Assembly (NCBI GenBank): GCA_032128875.1
Contig: JAVLKG010000001.1
Location: 985,453 to 1,049,452 of the forward strand
Direction of reading: 5' to 3'
DNA: 64,000 bases
Source: Candidatus Melainabacteria bacterium 17Bon1m
Lineage (GTDB): Bacteria; Cyanobacteriota; Vampirovibrionia; Obscuribacterales; Obscuribacteraceae
Part shown: positions 56,145 to 64,000 of the stretch, piece by piece
Numbering within the stretch: position 1 is the first letter of the stretch
How the letters are laid out: each line of letters starts with the position of its first letter
Made by a program: the position numbers and the translations under genes
The notes under the pieces: generated by a model
The model's database searches: none
What the model saw: only the letters and a program-made list of their open reading frames with translations
What the model was told of the DNA's origin: nothing

Positions 56145-57437
56145 ATGAGATTAGGGGCCTTTGGAAGCGTATTTTTTGCATTGAGTTTGTTGGCTGGTTC
56201 ATTCGTACAAGTAAATCAGCAATGTTTGGCTGCTACCGCCCGTGGTGCACGGACATCAAACAGTGAAAAGTCCGCACCGGTTTCTGTAGAGCCTACACCC
56301 TCTCACTTTTCGAACAAGGCTACCGCGCCATGTGACTGGACGCCTATGATGGTCCTTCCGGTCAGCGCTCCGCGCCTTTTCCGCGGCAGTGACAATCTCT
56401 ACAATCTCGTGTACGAAGTTCACTTGATCAATTACAACGCTGCGCCCTCAAAGATTTTGAGCTTCGAGATTCTCGACAATAATGGTCGTGTCCTAAAGTC
56501 ATATTCGCCTGCAGAACTCAAAAAGGTTACCCTCAACTTGCGAGACTCGAAGTCCGGAAAGTCGAAGGATGAGAAAGGCAACTCGTTTGCAGCTGGCGCT
56601 TCCGGCATCCTCTGGCTGAATCTCGAATTTAAAGACAAGGAAAGTGCTCCAAAAGAACTTCTGCACAAAATTGTCGTAGAAACAGACTTTGCCGGCAAAA
56701 CGCGACGATTTGAAAACGCGCATTACAAGGTTAAAGTAGAGGAGAAATCACCAGTCGTTGTTGGACCGCCGCTCAAGGGCGGACGTTGGTATGTGGCGGG
56801 CGGATATGCCGGTGATTTCGGGCACAGACGTGCTTTGTTTCCACAGGGCAACCGACTTGTAGCGGCTCAACGCTATGCTATCGACTGGCTGCTAATGACT
56901 AATGACGATCATGTTTTCAATGGGGATGGAAAAGAGTGTTCGCAATACCCGGGTTATGGCAAACCAATAATCTCGGTTGCTGATGGCACCGTCATTGGTA
57001 TCGTCGACAAGTTCGAAGATCAAGTACCAAATCATGCTAAAGGCGACCAACTTGCCTTTTATCCGGGCGGCAACACGGCTGTAGTCGATATTGGCGATGG
57101 CAATTACGCTTTCTATGCTCATATGAAACCAGGCAGCATAAAAGTTAAGGAAGGTCAGAAGGTAAAACGCGGCGAGGTGATCGGATTGCTCGGCAGCTCC
57201 GGCAATTCGACCGCTCCGCACTTGCACTTTCACGTCATGGATGGTCCCTCGATTCTTGGTTCTCAGGGCGTCCCATACGTCTTCGATAACTTTTCTGTCA
57301 AAGGCATTGCCAATGAAGAAGCAACGATCAAATCGATGGACAAAGATGGCCGCGCACCTGTTGTTAAGTCGAAGTTCGACGGGAAGCATTCCGAAGAGTT
57401 GCCGCGCGAAGGCATGCTGATCGTTTTTCCAGAGTAG
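56145..57437 (+). CDS. M23 family metallopeptidase
   Basis: H..RYAIDW, FYAHMK, GSSGNSTAPHLHF; signal peptide. Confidence 0.88.
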   Translation: MRLGAFGSVFFALSLLAGSFVQVNQQCLAATARGARTSNSEKSAPVSVEPTPSHFSNKATAPCDWTPMMVLPVSAPRLFRGSDNLYNLVYEVHLINYNAAPSKILSFEILDNNGRVLKSYSPAELKKVTLNLRDSKSGKSKDEKGNSFAAGASGILWLNLEFKDKESAPKELLHKIVVETDFAGKTRRFENAHYKVKVEEKSPVVVGPPLKGGRWYVAGGYAGDFGHRRALFPQGNRLVAAQRYAIDWLLMTNDDHVFNGDGKECSQYPGYGKPIISVADGTVIGIVDKFEDQVPNHAKGDQLAFYPGGNTAVVDIGDGNYAFYAHMKPGSIKVKEGQKVKRGEVIGLLGSSGNSTAPHLHFHVMDGPSILGSQGVPYVFDNFSVKGIANEEATIKSMDKDGRAPVVKSKFDGKHSEELPREGMLIVFPE

Positions 57438-57457
57438 CCCAAGAGGTTTTACCGCTA

Positions 57458-58573
57458 ATGTCCAAGCGACGTCGAACGAAGCGCAAACCGCGAATGACAC
57501 ATTTGCCTCCAGGGTCAGCGCCCGGCACTTTGATTCCTGCGCCGGATGCAGTGAAAACGACGCTCCACCTAATCGCTTATGGACCAGACGGTCTGGAAGA
57601 GAAAGAACTGAAAGACGCCGGTGAAATCCGCAAGTTTATCGGCAAATGGCCCGTTATTTGGCTAAATGTTGAGGGACTCGGAAGTGCCGAGGTCGTGAAG
57701 GAAGTCGGTGAGATTTTCAACATTCACCACCTGGCTCTGGAAGATGTCCTCAACGTGCACGAGCGGGCCAAAATTGAACGCTACAACGACGATCTTTTTC
57801 TTGTCATGCATATGATGGAATTCAAAGATCACCTAGAACAAGAACAGTTGAGCGTCTTTAGTGGCAAGCATTTCGCAGTCACATTCCAGGAAGGGCCCAT
57901 TGATACCCTTGACCCCGCGCGTGAGCGAATACGAAAAAATCAAGGTCATATTCGGAAATTGGGTTCGGACTACCTGATTTATTCGATTATCGATTCTGTC
58001 CTCGATAACTATTTTCCGATTTTGGAAACATACGGAGAATTGCTGGACAAGCTGGAGGACGAGATTATCACTAAGCCCAGTCACGAAGTTGTCGCAAATG
58101 TGCATGCTGTGAAACGCGAGCTGCTAACTTTGCGCCGTGCTGTTTGGCCGTTGCGCGAAGCAATCAACACTTTGATTAGAGACATGGAAGTTACTTTCTC
58201 GGAGGAGACTCGTATTCACTTGCGAGACTGTTATGACCATGCCGTCCGCATTATCGATTTCATTGAAACCTACAGAGAATTGGCTGCAGACCTTATGGAT
58301 GTTTATCTTTCGAGTCTGAGCAATCGTATGAACGAAGTGATGAAAGTGCTCACGATTATCACCACTTTGTTTGTGCCACCAACTCTTATCGCTGGTATTT
58401 ACGGCATGAACTTCAATACGGAAGTATCGCCATACAACATGCCTGAACTCAACTGGTTCTTCGGATATCCATTTGCGCTATTCCTGATGCTCGCACTCAC
58501 TTTGGGCGTTGTGATTCTGCTCTGGTACAAGGGCTGGCTGGGTGTTTTGAGCAGGAAGAACAGCGAGAACTGA
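57458..58573 (+). CDS. corA: magnesium/cobalt transporter CorA
   Basis: PGSAPGTL, IHHLALEDVL, MNEVMKVLT, GIYGMNF, MPELNW. Confidence 0.95.
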   Translation: MSKRRRTKRKPRMTHLPPGSAPGTLIPAPDAVKTTLHLIAYGPDGLEEKELKDAGEIRKFIGKWPVIWLNVEGLGSAEVVKEVGEIFNIHHLALEDVLNVHERAKIERYNDDLFLVMHMMEFKDHLEQEQLSVFSGKHFAVTFQEGPIDTLDPARERIRKNQGHIRKLGSDYLIYSIIDSVLDNYFPILETYGELLDKLEDEIITKPSHEVVANVHAVKRELLTLRRAVWPLREAINTLIRDMEVTFSEETRIHLRDCYDHAVRIIDFIETYRELAADLMDVYLSSLSNRMNEVMKVLTIITTLFVPPTLIAGIYGMNFNTEVSPYNMPELNWFFGYPFALFLMLALTLGVVILLWYKGWLGVLSRKNSEN

Positions 58574-58747
58574 GGGTTCAAAGCTGTTGAATTTCGATTT
58601 TCTTTCGAATGTTAATGCTTTCTCTTTCGAACAGCTTTCAAACTTGCTTTCATTTTGCTGTTGCTGAAACGAGCATTGCAACTAGCTTTCATGCGTTTGC
58701 GTCGCAGTGAGGTTTCTGATAGGCTGGAATCAAGGAGGTTGCATCTG

Positions 58748-59077
58748 ATGAGAAATCGCAATGCAATCATTAGCTTATTCGCGGCGATTCTGTTGCTGGG
58801 GCTGATTTTTATCGAGCCACAACGACTGCATGCTAGCGATCGGAAATTCACTCAGTACGAGGGTCTTTATTGCAATGTGGCTGTCAGCTCGACCGTCACG
58901 TTGGCAGAATCGAAGCCTCCTAGAGTTGATTCATTCGATGTTTCCTCACTTTTAAATGTCGTCTTCTCGGATATTTTGCTGCATCCGAGTCTCGCCGAGT
59001 GCTTCACGCCTGAGAGCAGAGCGATATGTTTCGTACCACAGCCATTGTGGCTTTTGAAAAGATCGCTGCTGATTTAG
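58748..59077 (+). CDS. hypothetical protein
   Basis: AGGAGG RBS; N-terminal hydrophobic helix; ends PLWLLKRSLLI. Confidence 0.55.
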   Translation: MRNRNAIISLFAAILLLGLIFIEPQRLHASDRKFTQYEGLYCNVAVSSTVTLAESKPPRVDSFDVSSLLNVVFSDILLHPSLAECFTPESRAICFVPQPLWLLKRSLLI

Positions 59078-59259
59078 AAATTCAACATTGACTCAAAACT
59101 TTCTCGCTGATCTGGATTTGATCAACGAAAGTTTTGCATATCCACAAGTTTTAGTGCTCGTCCTGCCTTGATGCAAGACGTAAGCATTGCATCTATTAGC
59201 ATCACCTCGCTGTTCGCGTTGTAGATGCAGCTTTGCACAATCTTCAAGAGGTTTTATTT

Positions 59260-59472
59260 ATGAGCGAATTCAAAATGTTAGGTATTGCATTCTCAACGAT
59301 GATTGCTTCCAGCGTCGTTGCTGCTTATGTCATGCAGTCCATGAATGCAACACCAGTTGCGCTATTGAGTGTCACAACCATTGCAGCCCTGCTCTCTTAC
59401 ATCTGCGTCTGTGTGTACCTGATGCCACGCGTCAGATTGGCTGCCCGTGCTGACGGAGAGCCTGATGCTTAA
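59260..59472 (+). CDS. small two-TM membrane protein
   Basis: GAGG RBS; two hydrophobic helices. Confidence 0.55.
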   Translation: MSEFKMLGIAFSTMIASSVVAAYVMQSMNATPVALLSVTTIAALLSYICVCVYLMPRVRLAARADGEPDA

Positions 59473-59519
59473 TTGCATAAGTTTTTGGCGTTGTAATTAT
59501 CCGAAAGGAGGAATCCACT

Positions 59520-60008
59520 ATGGACGAGGAAAATACTTACATTCGCGCCGGTCGATACGATACACCTGCAACAGAGTTGTTTCATTTGTCGCAGAATCCC
59601 AGCAGCCTGATTAGAGTTCGAGTTGCTGAAAACCAAGCAACACCGCAGGTTCTTCTTGAAGAGTTGAGTACCGATAGCAATGAGGACGTTCGCATTGCGG
59701 TAGGTGGCAACCCGTCTATTCCGTTTCAGGTGTTGATGCGTTTGGCTTTTGACGAACACGTCGATGTGCGATTCAGTTTAGCGGAAAATCACTGCATCAA
59801 TATTCTTGCATTGCTGTGTTTGGCAGGCGATGAAAATCCGTTTGTCTCTCAAAGGGCATTGAAGACGTTGCAGCGTGTCGCATTAGGAAGGCGGAGCGAT
59901 TTGAAGAGGAAAGACGACTCCCCTGATTTGACTGTGAAATTGAAACAAGCGAGGCCAAAGCTTCGGTCGCTAGGGTTGAATCCGCGCGCAGTCTATCCGG
60001 CGTGTTAG
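59520..60008 (+). CDS. leucine-rich-variant/HEAT-like repeat protein
   Basis: VRVAENQATP, VRIAVGGNPSIP, VRFSLAEN repeats; AGGAGG RBS. Confidence 0.75.
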   Translation: MDEENTYIRAGRYDTPATELFHLSQNPSSLIRVRVAENQATPQVLLEELSTDSNEDVRIAVGGNPSIPFQVLMRLAFDEHVDVRFSLAENHCINILALLCLAGDENPFVSQRALKTLQRVALGRRSDLKRKDDSPDLTVKLKQARPKLRSLGLNPRAVYPAC

Positions 60009-60865
60009 TGTTGTTTCAGTCCCATTTGATCGAAAATGGAATCTAGCGAATCCGGTGTCGCTTTGGTGACTGTCACGTCGCGGTCGTCCCTTGCGCGTTT
60101 GTATCCAGAAGGAAGTTCGAAGGTGTCTTTTGGCACCGAAGCTTTTGTTATCGATGTGGTTTCGAGCAAAATATGTTCTTTGCTTGGAGTTGCACTTGAC
60201 GCTCCTGGATATCCAAAACTCTCTTTGCTGAAAGTTTTCAGTGCTAAGGGAGTTTTGGCGGCGCGCGGAGTTCTGTACAACTGAAGCATGACTTCCGTTC
60301 GCTCCTTTGCGCATGCTGCTTTGTCGACCCAGTAAATACCTGCTTTTCCATAGCTGAAATCGATCGGTTTATTCATGCGCAGTTTTGCTTTTGCACTAGG
60401 ATCTGCGGTCATGAAGAAAACATCCGCGTTGCGATTCAGTATTTTTTCATCGCCTGCTTTGACAATCGGCCATTCGCTAGTTGCCGACATCATTGACCAC
60501 GTCGCACGCAGTCCGTGCTTTCTCCAAACATCCATCGTCATGTCGTAATAGAGTTTGCTTTTCTTGTTGTAGACGAAAACCTTCCAATCTGGACCTTTGG
60601 CAATGATCACGATGTGTTTGCCTTTTTCGCTTATTTTGATCGCATCAGGCGCAAGAATCACCTCAATGGGGCCAAGATAACCGTGCTTTTGCTGCCAAAT
60701 TTCTACTTGTTTGCTTGTCGGGACTGCTAGTGTCACTTGGGTGGAAACATCGCTCAAGAGCAAGGCTAAAACTAAAGGCACAGCGAAGCCCAATGCTAGA
60801 GCGTGCGCCCGATTAAATCGGACCCGGCATTTGTCAGGCGTTCGACTGTCCCATTGCATCGACAT
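60005..60865 (-). CDS. hypothetical secreted protein (paralog of 28445..29392)
   Basis: IAKGPDWKVFVYN, FELPSGYKR. Confidence 0.65.
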   Translation of the reverse strand: MSMQWDSRTPDKCRVRFNRAHALALGFAVPLVLALLLSDVSTQVTLAVPTSKQVEIWQQKHGYLGPIEVILAPDAIKISEKGKHIVIIAKGPDWKVFVYNKKSKLYYDMTMDVWRKHGLRATWSMMSATSEWPIVKAGDEKILNRNADVFFMTADPSAKAKLRMNKPIDFSYGKAGIYWVDKAACAKERTEVMLQLYRTPRAAKTPLALKTFSKESFGYPGASSATPSKEHILLETTSITKASVPKDTFELPSGYKRARDDRDVTVTKATPDSLDSIFDQMGLKQH

Positions 60866-60992
60866 ATTTTAGATCAGACACCGAATTGCGCCCACTGATT
60901 GCCCTTTTGACAACCGGCGTGGCGCTCCCATTCGTGGCAACACCCCCATAAATGCGCTATGCTTGAAACTGTGAAATTGAGGTGACAGCTTC

Positions 60993-62258
60993 ATGAGTTC
61001 GGGCGAAAATTTGCCCTGCATATCATCACCCGAAGAGTTTGCCGAGATGGTCAAGACCGCGCTCAAGACCCGTGGCGAAGCAAGAACGCTGCGTTACGAG
61101 CCGGTTAGATTCGCATTGATTGTTGAAAACGAAAGTGGGGAGCCTCAGCAACTGTTCGGGCTGGCGGCGATGTTTGATGAATACAACACTGCCCACGAAA
61201 CCGAGCGCAATTCGGTTATCGATCGTTACTGTAGTTTTTTCCTTGGCGTAAATAGAAATAGTTTGCCGGATACTTTTGCTGAAGCAAAAGACGGATTGAT
61301 GCTAATTATTCGGCATCGTTATTTGTATCAAGTGATGCAAATGCGTTTAGCCCTCGAGCAAGGGATCACTGCTAAGAGCGATGAATTGCCGCAGGATCAA
61401 GAAATTCCCCATGTTATTGTCGGCGATGATTTTGCTGCAGGACTGAGTTACGATTTTCCTGATGCGATGATTCAGATTACGGGAAGACAGCTCTCTAAGT
61501 GGGGAGTTTCTTTTGATGAAGTCTATCAGTGTGCGCTGGAAAATCTAAGAAAGCGCAGCGAGAAGCCGCTTGTCGAGGCTGTTACCGGTGTCTATATCTC
61601 CAATTGGCAAGATGGCTATGATGCATCGAGAATTCTTCTAACAGACATGATTCAGAACTTGCCTTTTAAAGGCACTCCCGTTGTGATGTTACCCAGCGCC
61701 GAGAATATGGTTATGACCGGCTCGGACGACCTAGAGGGTTTGGCCTCCGTACTAAATGTTATTGAGCCCATGGCTGATAAGCCACGATCAATGGTTGGAG
61801 TCCCGCTGGTTTTGCGCGCTGGTGAATGGGTTCCGTTTGAGATGGCTCCAGAGCATCCGCTGTACGAGCGGTTTCGCGTGCTGCGAATTTCTGCCACCGC
61901 TCGCAGTTATGCAGATCAGCGTGGAGTCGTTTCTGAATGGTTGCAGAGCATAGGTGAGCCGGCAGTTGTAACACCTTACCTGGCAACACAGCGAAAAGAC
62001 GGCTCTGTTTCTAGCTGCAGTGTTTGGCCGGAAGGAGTTCCGTGTGTAATTCCTCGTGCTGACTCCGTTGTGTTTACCGGAGACTCGCAAGACTCAAATC
62101 AGGAAGTCGTCGCCTGCAACACATGGGAAAGGGTTTTGGAGGTTGTTGGCGGATTGCTGAAGCCGACGCCCTTTCATCCTGAACTCTACAGAGCAACTCG
62201 GTTTCCATCGTCCACCGAACTTGCTCAAATTGGCATGGGCGTTTCTTATTTGAAGTAA
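60993..62258 (+). CDS. DUF1444-like hypothetical protein
   Basis: YDFPDAM..LSKWGVSFDEVYQCALENL..DGYDASRILL. Confidence 0.6.
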   Translation: MSSGENLPCISSPEEFAEMVKTALKTRGEARTLRYEPVRFALIVENESGEPQQLFGLAAMFDEYNTAHETERNSVIDRYCSFFLGVNRNSLPDTFAEAKDGLMLIIRHRYLYQVMQMRLALEQGITAKSDELPQDQEIPHVIVGDDFAAGLSYDFPDAMIQITGRQLSKWGVSFDEVYQCALENLRKRSEKPLVEAVTGVYISNWQDGYDASRILLTDMIQNLPFKGTPVVMLPSAENMVMTGSDDLEGLASVLNVIEPMADKPRSMVGVPLVLRAGEWVPFEMAPEHPLYERFRVLRISATARSYADQRGVVSEWLQSIGEPAVVTPYLATQRKDGSVSSCSVWPEGVPCVIPRADSVVFTGDSQDSNQEVVACNTWERVLEVVGGLLKPTPFHPELYRATRFPSSTELAQIGMGVSYLK

Positions 62259-62287
62259 AAAGGTTACGGAGTTGCATTTAGATCGTC

Positions 62288-62995
62288 ATGATTAACGATG
62301 TGAAGCTTGCATTCAATTCCGGTGTCGAATTGCAAGGGAGCCAGAATGGTGTCTCTCGCGCTGTTGTCCTCGATCTGGGCATGAAGTTCGAACTTTCCTG
62401 GGATCGTTACATTCGTTTGTCGCATACAGCCGAAGCAATTAAAAGATACTTGTCGTCGGGAGCCACCATCCTTGATGTTGGTGGGTTTGACGGAGCTTTA
62501 GCTCTTTTCCTTCCTGATTTTTTTATTGACGTAATTGACCCTGTCACTACGGGCGGCAGCGGTTTTGATCTTCCAACAACATACACGAATGTTGTTGCGA
62601 TCGATGCGTTGGAGCATATCGAACCGTCGAGAAGAGATGAATTTCTCACGCAACTTTGCCGTGCTGGTGACAAGCTGTGCTTTATCAATTATCCCGCACA
62701 ACACTCTGAGAGTGCGCAAAAGCTTGTATTTGAGCTTACGAACAATCCTCTAGTTAGAGAGCATGTTGAGTGGAAACTTCCGGATAGCGAAGCAGTTAGG
62801 ACTTTTCTTGCAGATAGAGGATATGAAGTCGAGTTGCAACATTATGGCAGTGTCTCGCAATGGGTGTCTCAATATCTCTTGCAGACATTCGCTCCCGATG
62901 AAGCTAGTGTGGCTAGCCGTTTTTTGGTGGAAAATCATCTTACAGAGCGCTCAAAAATTTGGCTCTATGATCTTGTGATTGGTATTAAGCGCTAG
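62288..62995 (+). CDS. class I SAM-dependent methyltransferase
   Basis: ILDVGGFDG, VVAIDALEHI; start may be ATG 62381. Confidence 0.85.
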   Translation: MINDVKLAFNSGVELQGSQNGVSRAVVLDLGMKFELSWDRYIRLSHTAEAIKRYLSSGATILDVGGFDGALALFLPDFFIDVIDPVTTGGSGFDLPTTYTNVVAIDALEHIEPSRRDEFLTQLCRAGDKLCFINYPAQHSESAQKLVFELTNNPLVREHVEWKLPDSEAVRTFLADRGYEVELQHYGSVSQWVSQYLLQTFAPDEASVASRFLVENHLTERSKIWLYDLVIGIKR

Positions 62996-63081
62996 TCCAG
63001 CGAACAGAGCGATTAGTCTGTACAATACCAAGCATGAATATATTGAGTAAACTTCAAACTATAGAAGGGGGGCGTAAAAGC

Positions 63082-63267
63082 GTGGAAGCTTTGTTTTGGT
63101 CGATTGCAATCATCGCATCTTACTTTGCACTGCAATTGTGGATTTTGCCCCGATTTGGAATTTCCACTTGAATGTCGCGCAGCTGTTCGGTCGAACAGAA
63201 AAAAGGTGATTTAAAGACAGAGAGTAAGCAGCTTACGGAAAGTAGAAAGCCTGAAGCACCAGAGTAG
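63082..63267 (+). CDS. candidate small membrane selenoprotein (in-frame TGA at 63169-63171)
   Basis: GTG start after GAAGGGGGG; MEALFWSIAIIASYFALQLWILPRFGIST-U-MSRSCSVEQKKG..PE; SECIS-like hairpin 11 nt after the TGA; read-through frame ends 3 bp before the convergent gene. Confidence 0.6.
63183..63198 (+). promoter_or_regulatory. putative bacterial SECIS element
   Basis: CTGTTC-GGTC-GAACAG, starting exactly 11 nt after the TGA, with GU in the apical loop. Confidence 0.55.
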
Positions 63268-63270
63268 GCG

Positions 63271-64000
63271 TTATCGGCTATCGCCGCCGTGACCGCTTCC
63301 ATCGCCATCTTTTGCAAGGACAAGTGTTGATTTCGAACCCTGGGCACCGGCGATGGCTTTTCCTGCGTGATCACCACCACGAATACAGTAATTGGATTGC
63401 TCATCGCTGCTGGAATATTCAATTTTTCCCGCAGATATCGAAACGGGCGCCTTAAGTCTTTCCCTATAAGCACAGGTCATATTATTGAAGACGGGGTACT
63501 CGAGTTTTCCAGTAAAAGGATTCGGTAAAGCATTGCCGAATTTTTTCTTTTTAGGATCACCCCAAGGAAAGTAATATTTGAACTCATCATCCACGGCTTT
63601 GGGAAATTTGAAGTGCTCTTCTTTGTACAATTCAGCAGCCCACTGCACTGTCCGCATGTTGGCCTTCACCTGTGAATCTGGATCATTGGAAAGCACGTAG
63701 GTCAGTCGCTTATTCTGGGGGTCAAGCATTGCTTTGCCGTTGCCGGAACCAACTCTAACAGTAAAATCTTTGCCACTAGCAGCGATACTATATTCGACTG
63801 AGCCCGGATCCATTTTTCCGGGGGGAGACTTTCTGCATTTCTCCGGATCAGCGATTTTGCCAGTAAGAATCGGCTTGTGCTTCCCGAGATATGGGTTAAT
63901 TGGAATAGACCAAGATGTGAAAGTTTTGTCGTCGCACTCACCGAAGATCATGTATGACATGAAAGCATCATCCACCTTCTTCGGCAGCACGCCTTTGTGG
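63271..64000 (-). CDS. protein with tandem pilin-like globular domains (5' end outside window)
   Basis: Frame open to the window end; two similar units ([LF]PKxVDD..NP[YF]xGK..G[SK][VI]EYS..[FY]x[VI]R..GKA) linked by VKANMRTVQWAAELY. Confidence 0.65.
   Translation of the reverse strand, partial: HKGVLPKKVDDAFMSYMIFGECDDKTFTSWSIPINPYLGKHKPILTGKIADPEKCRKSPPGKMDPGSVEYSIAASGKDFTVRVGSGNGKAMLDPQNKRLTYVLSNDPDSQVKANMRTVQWAAELYKEEHFKFPKAVDDEFKYYFPWGDPKKKKFGNALPNPFTGKLEYPVFNNMTCAYRERLKAPVSISAGKIEYSSSDEQSNYCIRGGDHAGKAIAGAQGSKSTLVLAKDGDGSGHGGDSR

Noticed and set aside
63120-63473. 117-aa minus-strand ORF overlapping the selenoprotein candidate
   Set aside because: It overlaps the 3' end of the real minus-strand gene in another frame and shows no protein-like features.

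Overview
This is a gene-dense bacterial chromosomal window (GC roughly 45-50% by eye) holding about 55 mostly unlinked genes. I see no rRNA, tRNA, CRISPR array, integrase or transposase. The gene style suggests a non-photosynthetic Cyanobacteriota (Vampirovibrionia/Obscuribacterales-like): many secreted TPR and WG-repeat proteins, a secreted caspase-family protein, a cyanobacterial-type ABC-F and pilin-like proteins. That taxonomy is inference only. Recognisable units include a guanidine-II riboswitch with a Gdx/SugE exporter, an SRPBCC-ArsR-SRPBCC-VOC operon with a palindromic operator, beta-carbonic anhydrase, a ribose-type ABC transporter, an aldehyde dehydrogenase and a GH5 glucanase. Also present are an epimerase plus VKOR pair, two divergent ABC-F genes, an orphan Dam-like methyltransferase, an RclA-like flavoprotein, an MBOAT plus SGNH pair, a pseudouridine synthase, an MFS sugar transporter, TetR plus cupin, a beta-amylase (GH14) fusion, a DUF6745 pair, an M23 peptidase and CorA. 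The most notable signal is absent from the ORF track. At 63082-63267 a small membrane-protein gene is interrupted by an in-frame TGA (LPRFGIST-U-MSRSC), and a SECIS-like hairpin starts 11 nt downstream, making it a candidate unannotated selenoprotein. Other highlights are a candidate ~155-nt 6S-like ncRNA, a uORF/hairpin leader before a small conserved protein, a W-R-x-x-Y-G-x-D repeat protein and two interleaved REP-like families. All calls come from reading motifs by eye; no searches were run.
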